From the IMG/VR virus record IMGVR_UViG_3300044712_002668, positions 1 to 64,000 of that record: a stretch of 64,000 nt of DNA; one strand, written 5' to 3'. Positions 37,175 through 46,116 of the stretch are shown here, piece after piece (within the stretch, counting starts at the first letter, position 1; every line of letters starts with the position of its first letter). The notes below the pieces were generated by a model. The model saw nothing but the letters and a program-made list of their open reading frames with translations, had not been told where the DNA came from and did not search any database. Position numbers and translations under genes: made by a program.

Positions 37175-37449
37175 AAAATATAAAAAAGATTGCTATGCAG
37201 GCGGCAAAAGCTGCAGCAATTAATACTTATAAAAGTATTATGAAAGCAGCTGATTTAACAAATAAATTTACACCACAACAAATTGATGCGTTTCCATTTA
37301 TTTTGGCTAATACAGCTACACAATTAGGTTGGAAAAAGATAGGGCAAGGATCTGGAACTGATAAGAAAACATATGATATTTATGAAAACAACAAGTCAGA
37401 TCAAAGATATCAAGAGCCTTTCTATAAAGCAATACCAAACGCTCTATAA
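37171..37449 (+). CDS. Small putative head protein
   Basis: Starts MKNIKKIA-M. Confidence 0.6.
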   Translation: MKNIKKIAMQAAKAAAINTYKSIMKAADLTNKFTPQQIDAFPFILANTATQLGWKKIGQGSGTDKKTYDIYENNKSDQRYQEPFYKAIPNAL

Positions 37450-37480
37450 ACCACGCACATAATTGGAAATTCTAAAAATA

Positions 37481-37512
37481 AAAACCCCTGTACTCAAATA
37501 CGGGGGTTTTTT
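37481..37512 (+). terminator. Intrinsic terminator
   Basis: AAAACCCCTGTA/TACGGGGGTTTT stem with T tail. Confidence 0.75.
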
Positions 37513-37520
37513 GTTATATA
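37512..37520 (+). promoter_or_regulatory. TG(A/T)TATAT(A/G) candidate phage promoter motif
   Basis: TGTTATATA; related copies at 4541, 23044, 24955, 46042, 50890 and 53922, all upstream of gene starts. Confidence 0.5.
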
Positions 37521-37540
37521 TGTATAGTAAAGGAGAATGA

Positions 37541-38230
37541 ATGCTTAAATTAGTACAAGTTGGAAATGCTCTTCCAGTATCTTATCCAGTAGACCCTACC
37601 GCTGAATTTGAACCCGGAACTATCGCTCAATTCAAGGTTATGGGTAATAATATTGTTGTTGGTGTTAGTGATGGTAGAGCACCTTTCGGAATAATAGATG
37701 ATTATAAAACAAGAGCATATACAGCGCCATCTATTGATGAAGAGGTTGTAGCTGAGGTTCCCACGGTAGAACAGAATGGAAGGCTGGTATCTGCTGTGGA
37801 TGTAAAATGGGAACTAGCTAATCCTAATGTTATTCCCACTAGCTTTGTTACTAGTCCGGTGGATGTGGCTTTGATTCCACGTAATGGTGTAATTGTATTT
37901 CCGGCTGGCACACCTTTGAATTTTGATAGTACTGGTAGTGGAACTCCTGACTCTATAAGAACCGTAGTAAGTTATACATATCAGATTCCTAATATTTCTG
38001 GAGATGATTCTACAGCAGGAAGCGGTAAAGTTACAATATGGTTTCAAAGAGGTATATTTCAAACTGATAAATATGAAACAAATCAAAGATATCCAGTTAA
38101 TGCTATTTTATTTGTTTCTGAGAATGGTTTATTGACTACACAGCAACCAAGTGAGGAACATCCTGGTGTAGCTGTGGTTACCGGCCCTCCTACAGCCTTA
38201 TATAGCACATTAGAATTTTGCTGGTTGTAA
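37541..38230 (+). CDS. Capsid decoration-like protein, paralogue 1
   Basis: Shares N- and C-terminal blocks with 38240 and 46117 (LKLVQVG; ILFVSENGLLTT). Confidence 0.55.
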   Translation: MLKLVQVGNALPVSYPVDPTAEFEPGTIAQFKVMGNNIVVGVSDGRAPFGIIDDYKTRAYTAPSIDEEVVAEVPTVEQNGRLVSAVDVKWELANPNVIPTSFVTSPVDVALIPRNGVIVFPAGTPLNFDSTGSGTPDSIRTVVSYTYQIPNISGDDSTAGSGKVTIWFQRGIFQTDKYETNQRYPVNAILFVSENGLLTTQQPSEEHPGVAVVTGPPTALYSTLEFCWL

Positions 38231-38239
38231 GAGATATAA

Positions 38240-38644
38240 ATGTTCAAGATAGTTGAGAGTATAAACAAGGCACCAATCAGATTTCCAATAAAACCTGGTG
38301 TCAAGATAGTTCCGGGTTGTGTGGTACGTTTAAATGAATTGGATGGAAATATTGTAGTTGATATAAGTGATGGTGAGAATGTCTTTGGGATAGCATCAAA
38401 TGCTTGTAAGAATATTTCTGGTAGATTATGCTTTGGTGATATTGTAAATGTGCATGTACAAAGGATGATTATACGAACTGACCGTTTTGATAAAAAGTAT
38501 GATATAGATATAGGTTCTTCTTTATATGTGAATAAATATGGAATATTGACTTCATTAAAACCATTTGATAAATCCTATATTGTAGCAAAGGTAATAACTC
38601 CGGCATCAGAACAAAAGCAGTTTATTGAAGCATTATGGTTATGA
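38240..38644 (+). CDS. Capsid decoration-like protein, paralogue 2
   Basis: FKIVES; NIVVDISDG; SLYVNKYGILTS; matches 37541 minus its central insert. Confidence 0.55.
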   Translation: MFKIVESINKAPIRFPIKPGVKIVPGCVVRLNELDGNIVVDISDGENVFGIASNACKNISGRLCFGDIVNVHVQRMIIRTDRFDKKYDIDIGSSLYVNKYGILTSLKPFDKSYIVAKVITPASEQKQFIEALWL

Positions 38645-38706
38645 AATACAATGCATAACCAGATATTCTTATAGCTTTAGTGAAAGCTATGGGCAAAAGG
38701 TGAATA

Positions 38707-39054
38707 ATGGTAGCTGATGAGATTTGGAAGGATTTTTTTACTGATTATCAGACTCGTAGAGTTTTAGATAGTTCTGAGGTATTCAGGGAATATGCGCGAG
38801 CTGAACTTGAGAGGGATGCAGCCAGAAAAGCGCGTGAGCCCATAGAAGCATTAGAGAAAGCGGCAGCAATCAAGGATCAAGAGGAAGCATATTTGAATGA
38901 GATATATTCCCTCAACAAAAAAATTGCTGAAAATCCGGTATTGAAGGCGAAATTCAAGCAAGCGAAAGCGGCATTAGAGGCGCATCCGGAATTGATACAG
39001 AAGGTTGATCCTAATTTTATATATGGTTTGGACTTATTGGATCTAGGTGAATAA
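38707..39054 (+). CDS. Putative internal head protein
   Basis: 115 aa; DSSEVFREYAR leader motif. Confidence 0.7.
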   Translation: MVADEIWKDFFTDYQTRRVLDSSEVFREYARAELERDAARKAREPIEALEKAAAIKDQEEAYLNEIYSLNKKIAENPVLKAKFKQAKAALEAHPELIQKVDPNFIYGLDLLDLGE

Positions 39055-40794
39055 ATGAAAATAGCTAAGCAATCATTTAGTAATCTGTATACTTCTGAGG
39101 TGTATCGTGAGCTTGAGCGTAAAGCTGTCAAGAAGGGTTTTTTCGAACCTACAGCCAAGCAGGTAGTGGAGCATGCCATTCAGAAGAAAGCCTCTCCTAA
39201 AGAGGATTTAGAGGCTACAGGGGATGTTACTCAGGACATTGGCAAGTTGGTTGAAGCCTGTCGTAGGAAGGGTTATATAAAATTTGCTGATGATATTGAG
39301 AGCAAATTTGTTTTATATAAGCAGGCTGAATCTCAACTATACAATCTGAATGTGGACAAGATCAAGGACATTGAGGATTTTGCACATAAGGATGGAGATG
39401 TTGATATTGTAGATGCTGGTGACTTGGGAATGGTAGAAACCATTGAGAGTGCTGCACAGAAGATCTTGAGTGTAGTAAAGACTGAGCCAACTGGAAAGTT
39501 GGCGGCTTTTTCTGCGCATATTTTGAAGACTGCAGAACAACCAGCTATAACTATAAAACCTCCAGAGGGGCTTACAAATATATTGGCAAATGTTGGAAAC
39601 AAAACTGCAGATAGTATCTGGGTTGAAACAAAGAATAACATTGCAAAATATAAAAACTCTTTACAACCTATAAATATTACGTTTCCAGACTTTAAACTTT
39701 GGAATAATGATATTATAAAAATGTATAGTAAATATTCTAATATAAAAACAGAACGTATAATAATGTTTTTATCGTTATATACATCTTTGGGGGCTCAATT
39801 AAATGATATAAAGCCAATTGTTGCTGCCATATATAACAACCCAGAAAATATTAGAGGTATTTGTAAGCAATTAAGTATGACAGATTCTGATAATTATTTT
39901 ACAGGGGTTTCTAGAATAGAACTTCCAACTGATACAGGGGAACGTGAAGATCGTGGAAACACCAGTGTAGATAGACCAAACACTTACCTTGGTTGGTGGG
40001 CAAACAGAATAAAAGGTAATGTAGGAGAATTTTTTGCAGGCTCTCCAACAACAAAAGGTCAGGAAAATCCAAAATCAATTTATACAAAAGGATTAGATCA
40101 GCAAATAAGAGTTGGAGCTGTTGAAAACATTCAAGAATTGGCTGGTAAGATATTAATAGAGTGGAAAAAATTATATGATGATGTTGTAGGGCCAAATCAA
40201 TCTAAAATATCAGAAGCAAATACTGCGGTTTCAAACAAAATAAATGAGTTTACTGGACAAATAAAAACACTTAATTTGAGTGAAGATATAAAAAATGCAA
40301 ATGGATCAATTAATCCAAAACTTTGCTATGATTCTTTGAAGTCTTTTTCAGATAAATTAAACGGCATTATAAAAACAGCTGTAGAATTACAAAATGAGCT
40401 TAAAACATTATCTTCAGAAAATTATAAAGGACTTTCTGATACTGTTAATGGACTAACAGGAGAATTAAAATCAGATAAAATTGCCGTTCTTATGCAGGAT
40501 CCTAATGGTAAGAAAAATGTAGAAGAGAAAATATATGTTGCTCCCATGATGGTTAAACTTGGTAAAGTAAAAGTTTATCTTGAATCAATGGTAGATAATG
40601 CTTCCGATGAAATTAAACCAAAAATAAAAGAAAACATAGAAAAAGTAGACATTTTAATAGATTTGATTAATCAAGCAAAAGGTAAACCATTTGCAGAGTT
40701 GAAGGTAAATTTAGCCCAATATGATGTTGATTTTAATTCAATAGATCAGTTGTTAGGATGGGTAAACGCTACAGCGTCTAAAATGGGCTTATAA
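39055..40794 (+). CDS. Putative internal/ejection protein (conserved leader plus AT-rich cargo)
   Basis: 579 aa; TSEVYRELER, helical module, LKTA-E, then composition shift. Confidence 0.7.
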   Translation: MKIAKQSFSNLYTSEVYRELERKAVKKGFFEPTAKQVVEHAIQKKASPKEDLEATGDVTQDIGKLVEACRRKGYIKFADDIESKFVLYKQAESQLYNLNVDKIKDIEDFAHKDGDVDIVDAGDLGMVETIESAAQKILSVVKTEPTGKLAAFSAHILKTAEQPAITIKPPEGLTNILANVGNKTADSIWVETKNNIAKYKNSLQPINITFPDFKLWNNDIIKMYSKYSNIKTERIIMFLSLYTSLGAQLNDIKPIVAAIYNNPENIRGICKQLSMTDSDNYFTGVSRIELPTDTGEREDRGNTSVDRPNTYLGWWANRIKGNVGEFFAGSPTTKGQENPKSIYTKGLDQQIRVGAVENIQELAGKILIEWKKLYDDVVGPNQSKISEANTAVSNKINEFTGQIKTLNLSEDIKNANGSINPKLCYDSLKSFSDKLNGIIKTAVELQNELKTLSSENYKGLSDTVNGLTGELKSDKIAVLMQDPNGKKNVEEKIYVAPMMVKLGKVKVYLESMVDNASDEIKPKIKENIEKVDILIDLINQAKGKPFAELKVNLAQYDVDFNSIDQLLGWVNATASKMGL

Positions 40795-40807
40795 TAGTAG
40801 GTGTATC

Positions 40808-42793
40808 ATGCTTTCTAAATTTGCAAAAATGATAATAAACAAAACAGGTGGTTTAGATTTTTCTGAAGGTGTTGGAAAACAAAATCCATCTCAAAAAACA
40901 CCAGCGGTTGTTCCTTCTGCGCCAGGAGCTGTATCACCACCAGCTTCTGGAACTGTATCACCAACTTCAACATCACAACAAACAACTGGTGATGTAAAAC
41001 AACGCGAAAATATAATCCGTGGTATGCAGTTTGCTATGTCAAAACTTCAAGATGAGGTTTATGCTAAAGAAGACGTCGCAAAAACCATAATGGGACTTAG
41101 AAAGCAATCCGGTGATACCATTGAATCTGTTCAAAAGAAAATAAATGAATTGTCTGCTCAGTTTGGCAGAACTGCTAAACAAAAACAATATACAGCCGCA
41201 AACCTCGATGGAGTTTGGGGTTCTGCTACAGAAACAGCCTTGAAGAAAATTCAGGAGTTTATGGTGTATGCAAACATAACAGGCATACCAGCCATATCTC
41301 CTGATAGAGTCAAATCAAACGATGCAAATTCTATTTCAAAAGACATTGAAAGGGCTGAAAATAATACCAGAACCCTGGAATTGTTATTTCAACAATTGGG
41401 AATTAAATTCCAGTCTGGACTGGGTGGTTCTAGTCAAATTTTTGATCAAATTAAACAAGATCTCCTTGAGGAAGATACAAGAAATCCATTACAAGCACAG
41501 GCTCGTGGTAATGTTGCTGTTACAGCAGATAACTTAAAAGATATATATTCTTTTATATATTTTGCTGTTAGTGCTGAGTTGAAGATTAATGGTATTGTAC
41601 CAAATCCAGAAGAAAAAAATGGTAAAATTGGTAGCAGCATACAAAGTAAAGGAACACCACCAACGGCAAGAGTAGGAAACCAAGAAGTTGTAGATCCTTG
41701 GACTCATCCTTCTTATCGCAAAGCTCAAAAAGAAGAAGTTTTAAAATCATTGGCTGAATTGATTAAATCTTCCACAATTGTACGTTTATCTGAGAATAAA
41801 CCAGGTTGGGGAGTACGTTTTCCAGATGTACCAGAGGGTACAAATACTACGAAAGTTGAAGAAACTGATGCTGACGAAGAGGCTGGAGTTTTAGCTGATG
41901 ATCCTTATTCTGGAGCTGATATTCCTGATGATGAGTATCAGGTTGCACCACCAACTGGTATGAGTGGTGGTGTGATTTGTATTGCTCAGATTGATGCTAT
42001 GTTGACATGGTTTCAAAAAAGATCTTTCTTTGTTGAAAGTTATTTTGGTATTGGTTTAAATAAAAGAGATAAACACCCAATAGAAACAAACCGTTTTATA
42101 ACAAATGCTGATGTTCAACTAGCAAGAACTTATAGACAAATGGTTGAGAATCTTATTAGAATGTGGGGTGTGGTAAAGAAGGCATTGATGGATGATGGAT
42201 TTACCCCATATCAACCATTTAGTTTGAGTGATTTAGCAGATTTATATAGATTACACGGCTGGTCCACATATGGCTCTGGTGGAGGAATAATACCCGGACG
42301 TGGTGGCCCTGGATATGGACAATCCGGACGATATGGAAGAGGTCGTAGGGGGCCTGGTGGGCAGATTATTGAAGGATTACCAGAAACAACATCAGACCCT
42401 CCTTTTGGAGGAAAATATCTTGATATGAATCGTTTGATTAGTGTTTTCGGACCATCTGTTTCACGAGTAAAACCTGATCTTGTAAATGGTATTAAAGAGT
42501 ATTTTATTCAAGGAAGCATACCTTATAATGCGTTTACAAATATGGAAGTAAATACTTTTAGACGTGCCTTTACTTATTGTAAAGATGATAATGATTTAGC
42601 TTTGGCTATGCAAGATTTAAGTGCTTTCTTGCAAGGTGTATATGCTACCTGGGCAAAACGCAATCAACCACAGGCTTTGATACAAAGACAATCTGATTTT
42701 CATAGTTTATGGCAACAACAAATATGGTCTTTGCAACAGGGTGCAGAGTGGAAGCCAGTATATGAAAGGGCATTACCACACCTAAGACACTAA
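40808..42793 (+). CDS. Putative ejection protein with peptidoglycan-binding-like motif
   Basis: 661 aa; LDGVWGSATETALKKIQEF (41204-41260) resembles PG_binding_1. Confidence 0.6.
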   Translation: MLSKFAKMIINKTGGLDFSEGVGKQNPSQKTPAVVPSAPGAVSPPASGTVSPTSTSQQTTGDVKQRENIIRGMQFAMSKLQDEVYAKEDVAKTIMGLRKQSGDTIESVQKKINELSAQFGRTAKQKQYTAANLDGVWGSATETALKKIQEFMVYANITGIPAISPDRVKSNDANSISKDIERAENNTRTLELLFQQLGIKFQSGLGGSSQIFDQIKQDLLEEDTRNPLQAQARGNVAVTADNLKDIYSFIYFAVSAELKINGIVPNPEEKNGKIGSSIQSKGTPPTARVGNQEVVDPWTHPSYRKAQKEEVLKSLAELIKSSTIVRLSENKPGWGVRFPDVPEGTNTTKVEETDADEEAGVLADDPYSGADIPDDEYQVAPPTGMSGGVICIAQIDAMLTWFQKRSFFVESYFGIGLNKRDKHPIETNRFITNADVQLARTYRQMVENLIRMWGVVKKALMDDGFTPYQPFSLSDLADLYRLHGWSTYGSGGGIIPGRGGPGYGQSGRYGRGRRGPGGQIIEGLPETTSDPPFGGKYLDMNRLISVFGPSVSRVKPDLVNGIKEYFIQGSIPYNAFTNMEVNTFRRAFTYCKDDNDLALAMQDLSAFLQGVYATWAKRNQPQALIQRQSDFHSLWQQQIWSLQQGAEWKPVYERALPHLRH

Positions 42794-42804
42794 TCAGGAA
42801 ATAA

Positions 42805-44091
42805 ATGAACGGAGATATTCAATACATATCAGATACACTGCTTCTGGAGAAGACATTTAAAATACTGTCTTCTCTGGAAGCTGATCCGTTTAATAAAAAA
42901 GCCGGTATTATAGATAATTTAAAATCCTCAATTGGTTCTGGTATTGATGAAGCTATCAAACAACATGTTAGTTTTGATTCGCCAGAATCTACCATTCATA
43001 CTGTGATTGGCATTCTTCAAGGACCAGTTTTATGGGCAATTGGTGGTTGGCAGATTTCTTTATTGGCCACTGCCGCTCAAGTTCTTTGGGGTATTGATAT
43101 TTATACCATTATCAAGAAGCTTGTCCAAATAATATCAGGCATGTTGCAGGTAAAGAAACAATTGTCATTTGATGATGTTACAAACGCAATTAGAAGTGTA
43201 ATGCCAGCTGGATTGATGGAAGAAAAAAAGACAGCCGGTGATTTTTTGTTTGGTTTGAGAGAACTTGAAGAACAAGGTAAAATCTTAAAAGCTGCTTCTT
43301 ATAAAATACCAAAAGAGCAAGATAGATTGATTGTTCTAGCTGCTGGAGCCTCTACTCAACCAGCCGCTGGAAATATAAAAAACCTATTATCATTCATGGG
43401 AAAGGCCAGAGGCATGTTCCTGATTATGGGTATTTTCAGATGGATAATTGTAACACTATTAATGGGAACTGGCTTATTGGCCGGTGGTCATATTTTGAAG
43501 AAGTTTGTTGGTAAAGAACTGGCTGAAACTGGAATTCAAGATAAATGGAATAAGCTTATTCAAGGAGATGTCAGTGGGCTTTGGGGAGCAAAACCAGAGG
43601 CCAAGCCTGATGCAAAGCCAGAAACCAAAACTGATACTAAAGCTGCTCCATCTATTTGGTCAAAAATATTCGGGGATGGAACTTCTACGGTTCCATCTGC
43701 ACCTGATATAAAAACAAAACAACCATCTTTATTATCAAGGCTGTATTCTAATATCGTAGGAAAGCCAGAAAAAAGTTCAGACATGGTATATGAACCATTG
43801 AGAGATAATTATGGTAAATTAAGAACTATTGCTGAGTTGATTTGGGATTGGATTATGGATGAGTTTGAGGATCAATATCCAAAGCTTGAATCTTTCAAAG
43901 AAAAAATAACAAGCTCACAATATTTTAAGAAAGTAGAGCTTACGCTTAAAGCAGCATACAATAAGGGAAAATCTGATAATAGAAGTCCTGAAGGACTTAT
44001 TATGCCAGATGAATTACCAAATCGTGAAGCGGTTTTTAACTATATGAAGCCAATATTGGATCCAATATTCGCACAGGCAAAAAGAGGTTGA
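42805..44091 (+). CDS. Putative membrane-active ejection protein
   Basis: 428 aa; long hydrophobic segments (VIGILQGPVLWAIGGWQISLLATAAQVLWG; GMFLIMGIFRWIIVTLLMGTGLLAGG). Confidence 0.55.
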   Translation: MNGDIQYISDTLLLEKTFKILSSLEADPFNKKAGIIDNLKSSIGSGIDEAIKQHVSFDSPESTIHTVIGILQGPVLWAIGGWQISLLATAAQVLWGIDIYTIIKKLVQIISGMLQVKKQLSFDDVTNAIRSVMPAGLMEEKKTAGDFLFGLRELEEQGKILKAASYKIPKEQDRLIVLAAGASTQPAAGNIKNLLSFMGKARGMFLIMGIFRWIIVTLLMGTGLLAGGHILKKFVGKELAETGIQDKWNKLIQGDVSGLWGAKPEAKPDAKPETKTDTKAAPSIWSKIFGDGTSTVPSAPDIKTKQPSLLSRLYSNIVGKPEKSSDMVYEPLRDNYGKLRTIAELIWDWIMDEFEDQYPKLESFKEKITSSQYFKKVELTLKAAYNKGKSDNRSPEGLIMPDELPNREAVFNYMKPILDPIFAQAKRG

Positions 44092-44094
44092 AAA

Positions 44095-45345
44095 ATGTTT
44101 GAGGATAGTGAAATTTTTGACGAATATGCAAAAATAGCATTCGCACAGGGCCTGGTTGCCGAAGCGGAAGAGGATAAAGAGGCACCAAAACCAAAAACGC
44201 GCAACAAAGATACTGATGAATCAATTCAGTTGCTGTATGGAATCAATCCAGAGAGTATTTTTAAAGAGGATTGTATTTTGGATGCAGCTCATCCTGAATC
44301 AAAATCAGTTGGCAGATCTTATGATGCCATGAACTCAATTGTTGAGAATCTTCATGAAAGACAAGATATTATGGCTTATATAGCTCAGAAAGTACCGAGA
44401 GGTGTGCTGACTATGGAGCGTTATGTCAAGGCCAAGGAAGAACTTGTCAATTCTATCATCAGAGCAGCGTTTCTATTTGATAATAGAAATGAAACAGCGT
44501 TGATGTCATTGGCTGATAAGTGTGCTGAACAAGTAGCATCTCAAAGAGTAAAGAACGCTGCTGCTGGTATTCTGCCTGCATTGGTTCCCGCTGCAGGTAC
44601 TGCACTGGTTGGAACCGGAGTTGCTGCAGGAGCAGTGCTTGCTGGCTATTTGGCATGGGGGCCAACTTTAGCTGTGGGCGTTAAAAACAACGGACAGCAA
44701 GTGATTGATGCTTTGATCAATTTGCAGGGAGAAGAATATTTCTCCACTTTATTACAATCTGTTTACGATACAGTTTTGGATTTGATGGAAATAACTGGTA
44801 AAGTATCAGCTTATAAAATCAAAATCGATCAAGATCAGATGACAAATCCTGATAATACACAATTGAGTCCTAGTTTTTTTGCGGAGGCAAATAATGCCCT
44901 TACCATATATACAAGGGCATTAGGAATTGTAAAAGAAAATATTCCAAAGTGGGTATCAACTTTACAAAGAGCACATACAACAGCAAAAATGCTTGAATCT
45001 CAAGATAACACTGATATTTCAAATAAATTCTATTATGTTCTTGGAATGGTAAAATGGGATCAAGTTGATATAGTGATAGATAAACTTACAGGGCGCAAGA
45101 TATTCAGTGGTTTATCAGAATCATTCATGAAGAAAAGAGAACCAACTATCGGTGGTTTATATGGAGCTATAAAGCTTGAAGAGGAGTCCGCAAAGAAATA
45201 TATTGAGGTTACCTCTCAAATATCAAGGCAAGCACCAATAACACCTGGAATTTCACAACCAATAACACCTGGAATTTCCCAAAAACCTGAAGCTGGAAAA
45301 TCAACTCCTAAATCTGGAATCAAGAAACCAGAATTTTATTTCTAA
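44095..45345 (+). CDS. Putative membrane-active ejection protein
   Basis: 416 aa; EDSEIFDEYAK leader, VKNA-A followed by a ~40-aa Gly/Ala hydrophobic stretch. Confidence 0.55.
   Translation: MFEDSEIFDEYAKIAFAQGLVAEAEEDKEAPKPKTRNKDTDESIQLLYGINPESIFKEDCILDAAHPESKSVGRSYDAMNSIVENLHERQDIMAYIAQKVPRGVLTMERYVKAKEELVNSIIRAAFLFDNRNETALMSLADKCAEQVASQRVKNAAAGILPALVPAAGTALVGTGVAAGAVLAGYLAWGPTLAVGVKNNGQQVIDALINLQGEEYFSTLLQSVYDTVLDLMEITGKVSAYKIKIDQDQMTNPDNTQLSPSFFAEANNALTIYTRALGIVKENIPKWVSTLQRAHTTAKMLESQDNTDISNKFYYVLGMVKWDQVDIVIDKLTGRKIFSGLSESFMKKREPTIGGLYGAIKLEEESAKKYIEVTSQISRQAPITPGISQPITPGISQKPEAGKSTPKSGIKKPEFYF
45234..45278 (+). repeat. 21-bp direct repeat with 24-bp period (PITPGISQ x2)
   Basis: ACCAATAACACCTGGAATTTC at 45234 and 45258. 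Confidence 0.9.
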
Positions 45346-45346
45346 T

Positions 45347-46021
45347 ATGAAACAAAATCAAGTAAAACTTTCTTCTATAAAGGATTTGCTAATAACAAAT
45401 CCTTTGCTTGATTTAAAAAAATCACAAGAGAAGATAAAAGCTAATGAGGCTAAACCTGCCAATCCAACTATAAAACAATGGAAAGAGTATTTAAAATCAG
45501 ATGGAAAATATACTGGTGATGTAAATTCTCCCGATATTGATAATGACTTTAAAACAGCAATGATAAATGCAGAAAGTGCATTATCAAATGATGTCCCTTC
45601 AATAAAGGGATTGATTTGGACAGGAAATAGTATCAATCCTGCAATTTCTATTACAGATTATCAACAGGCATTAAAGCTTTTAATCGAGAAAAAGAAGCCG
45701 AATTCTGAAAAAGAAAGTACATCTCAAAAAACTTCAAGCAGAATTGAAATTCTTAAAAAAATGGCCCATGCAACAATGGATGCAATTGGCCCGATTACCG
45801 AGGCAATGCAAGATGCTCCTAATGCTACAAAGATGCAAAAAGATCCGGGAGCTGCCGCTGCAGAAACGGGAAATCCAGAAACTTCTCCAATTCAAAACGT
45901 AATGATAAATAAACTGCCTCAAAAAAAGCAAAAACAAGAAGATAAGCTGCTTCAAAATAAGCCTAATATTGACGACAGAATGCTTCAACTTGTAGATTTA
46001 ATAGAAAAAACACAACATTGA
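45347..46021 (+). CDS. Hypothetical virion protein, possible degenerate PG-binding motif
   Basis: IKQWKEYLKSDGKYTGDVNSPDIDNDFKTAM; KKMA-H. Confidence 0.6.
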   Translation: MKQNQVKLSSIKDLLITNPLLDLKKSQEKIKANEAKPANPTIKQWKEYLKSDGKYTGDVNSPDIDNDFKTAMINAESALSNDVPSIKGLIWTGNSINPAISITDYQQALKLLIEKKKPNSEKESTSQKTSSRIEILKKMAHATMDAIGPITEAMQDAPNATKMQKDPGAAAAETGNPETSPIQNVMINKLPQKKQKQEDKLLQNKPNIDDRMLQLVDLIEKTQH

Positions 46022-46116
46022 TAAAAATTCTATTACTACTTTGTTATATATTTTGAAAGACCTATAGATGCAAGACAAAACGCGTACCACGTTATTCGGT
46101 ACAAAGGATATACACT

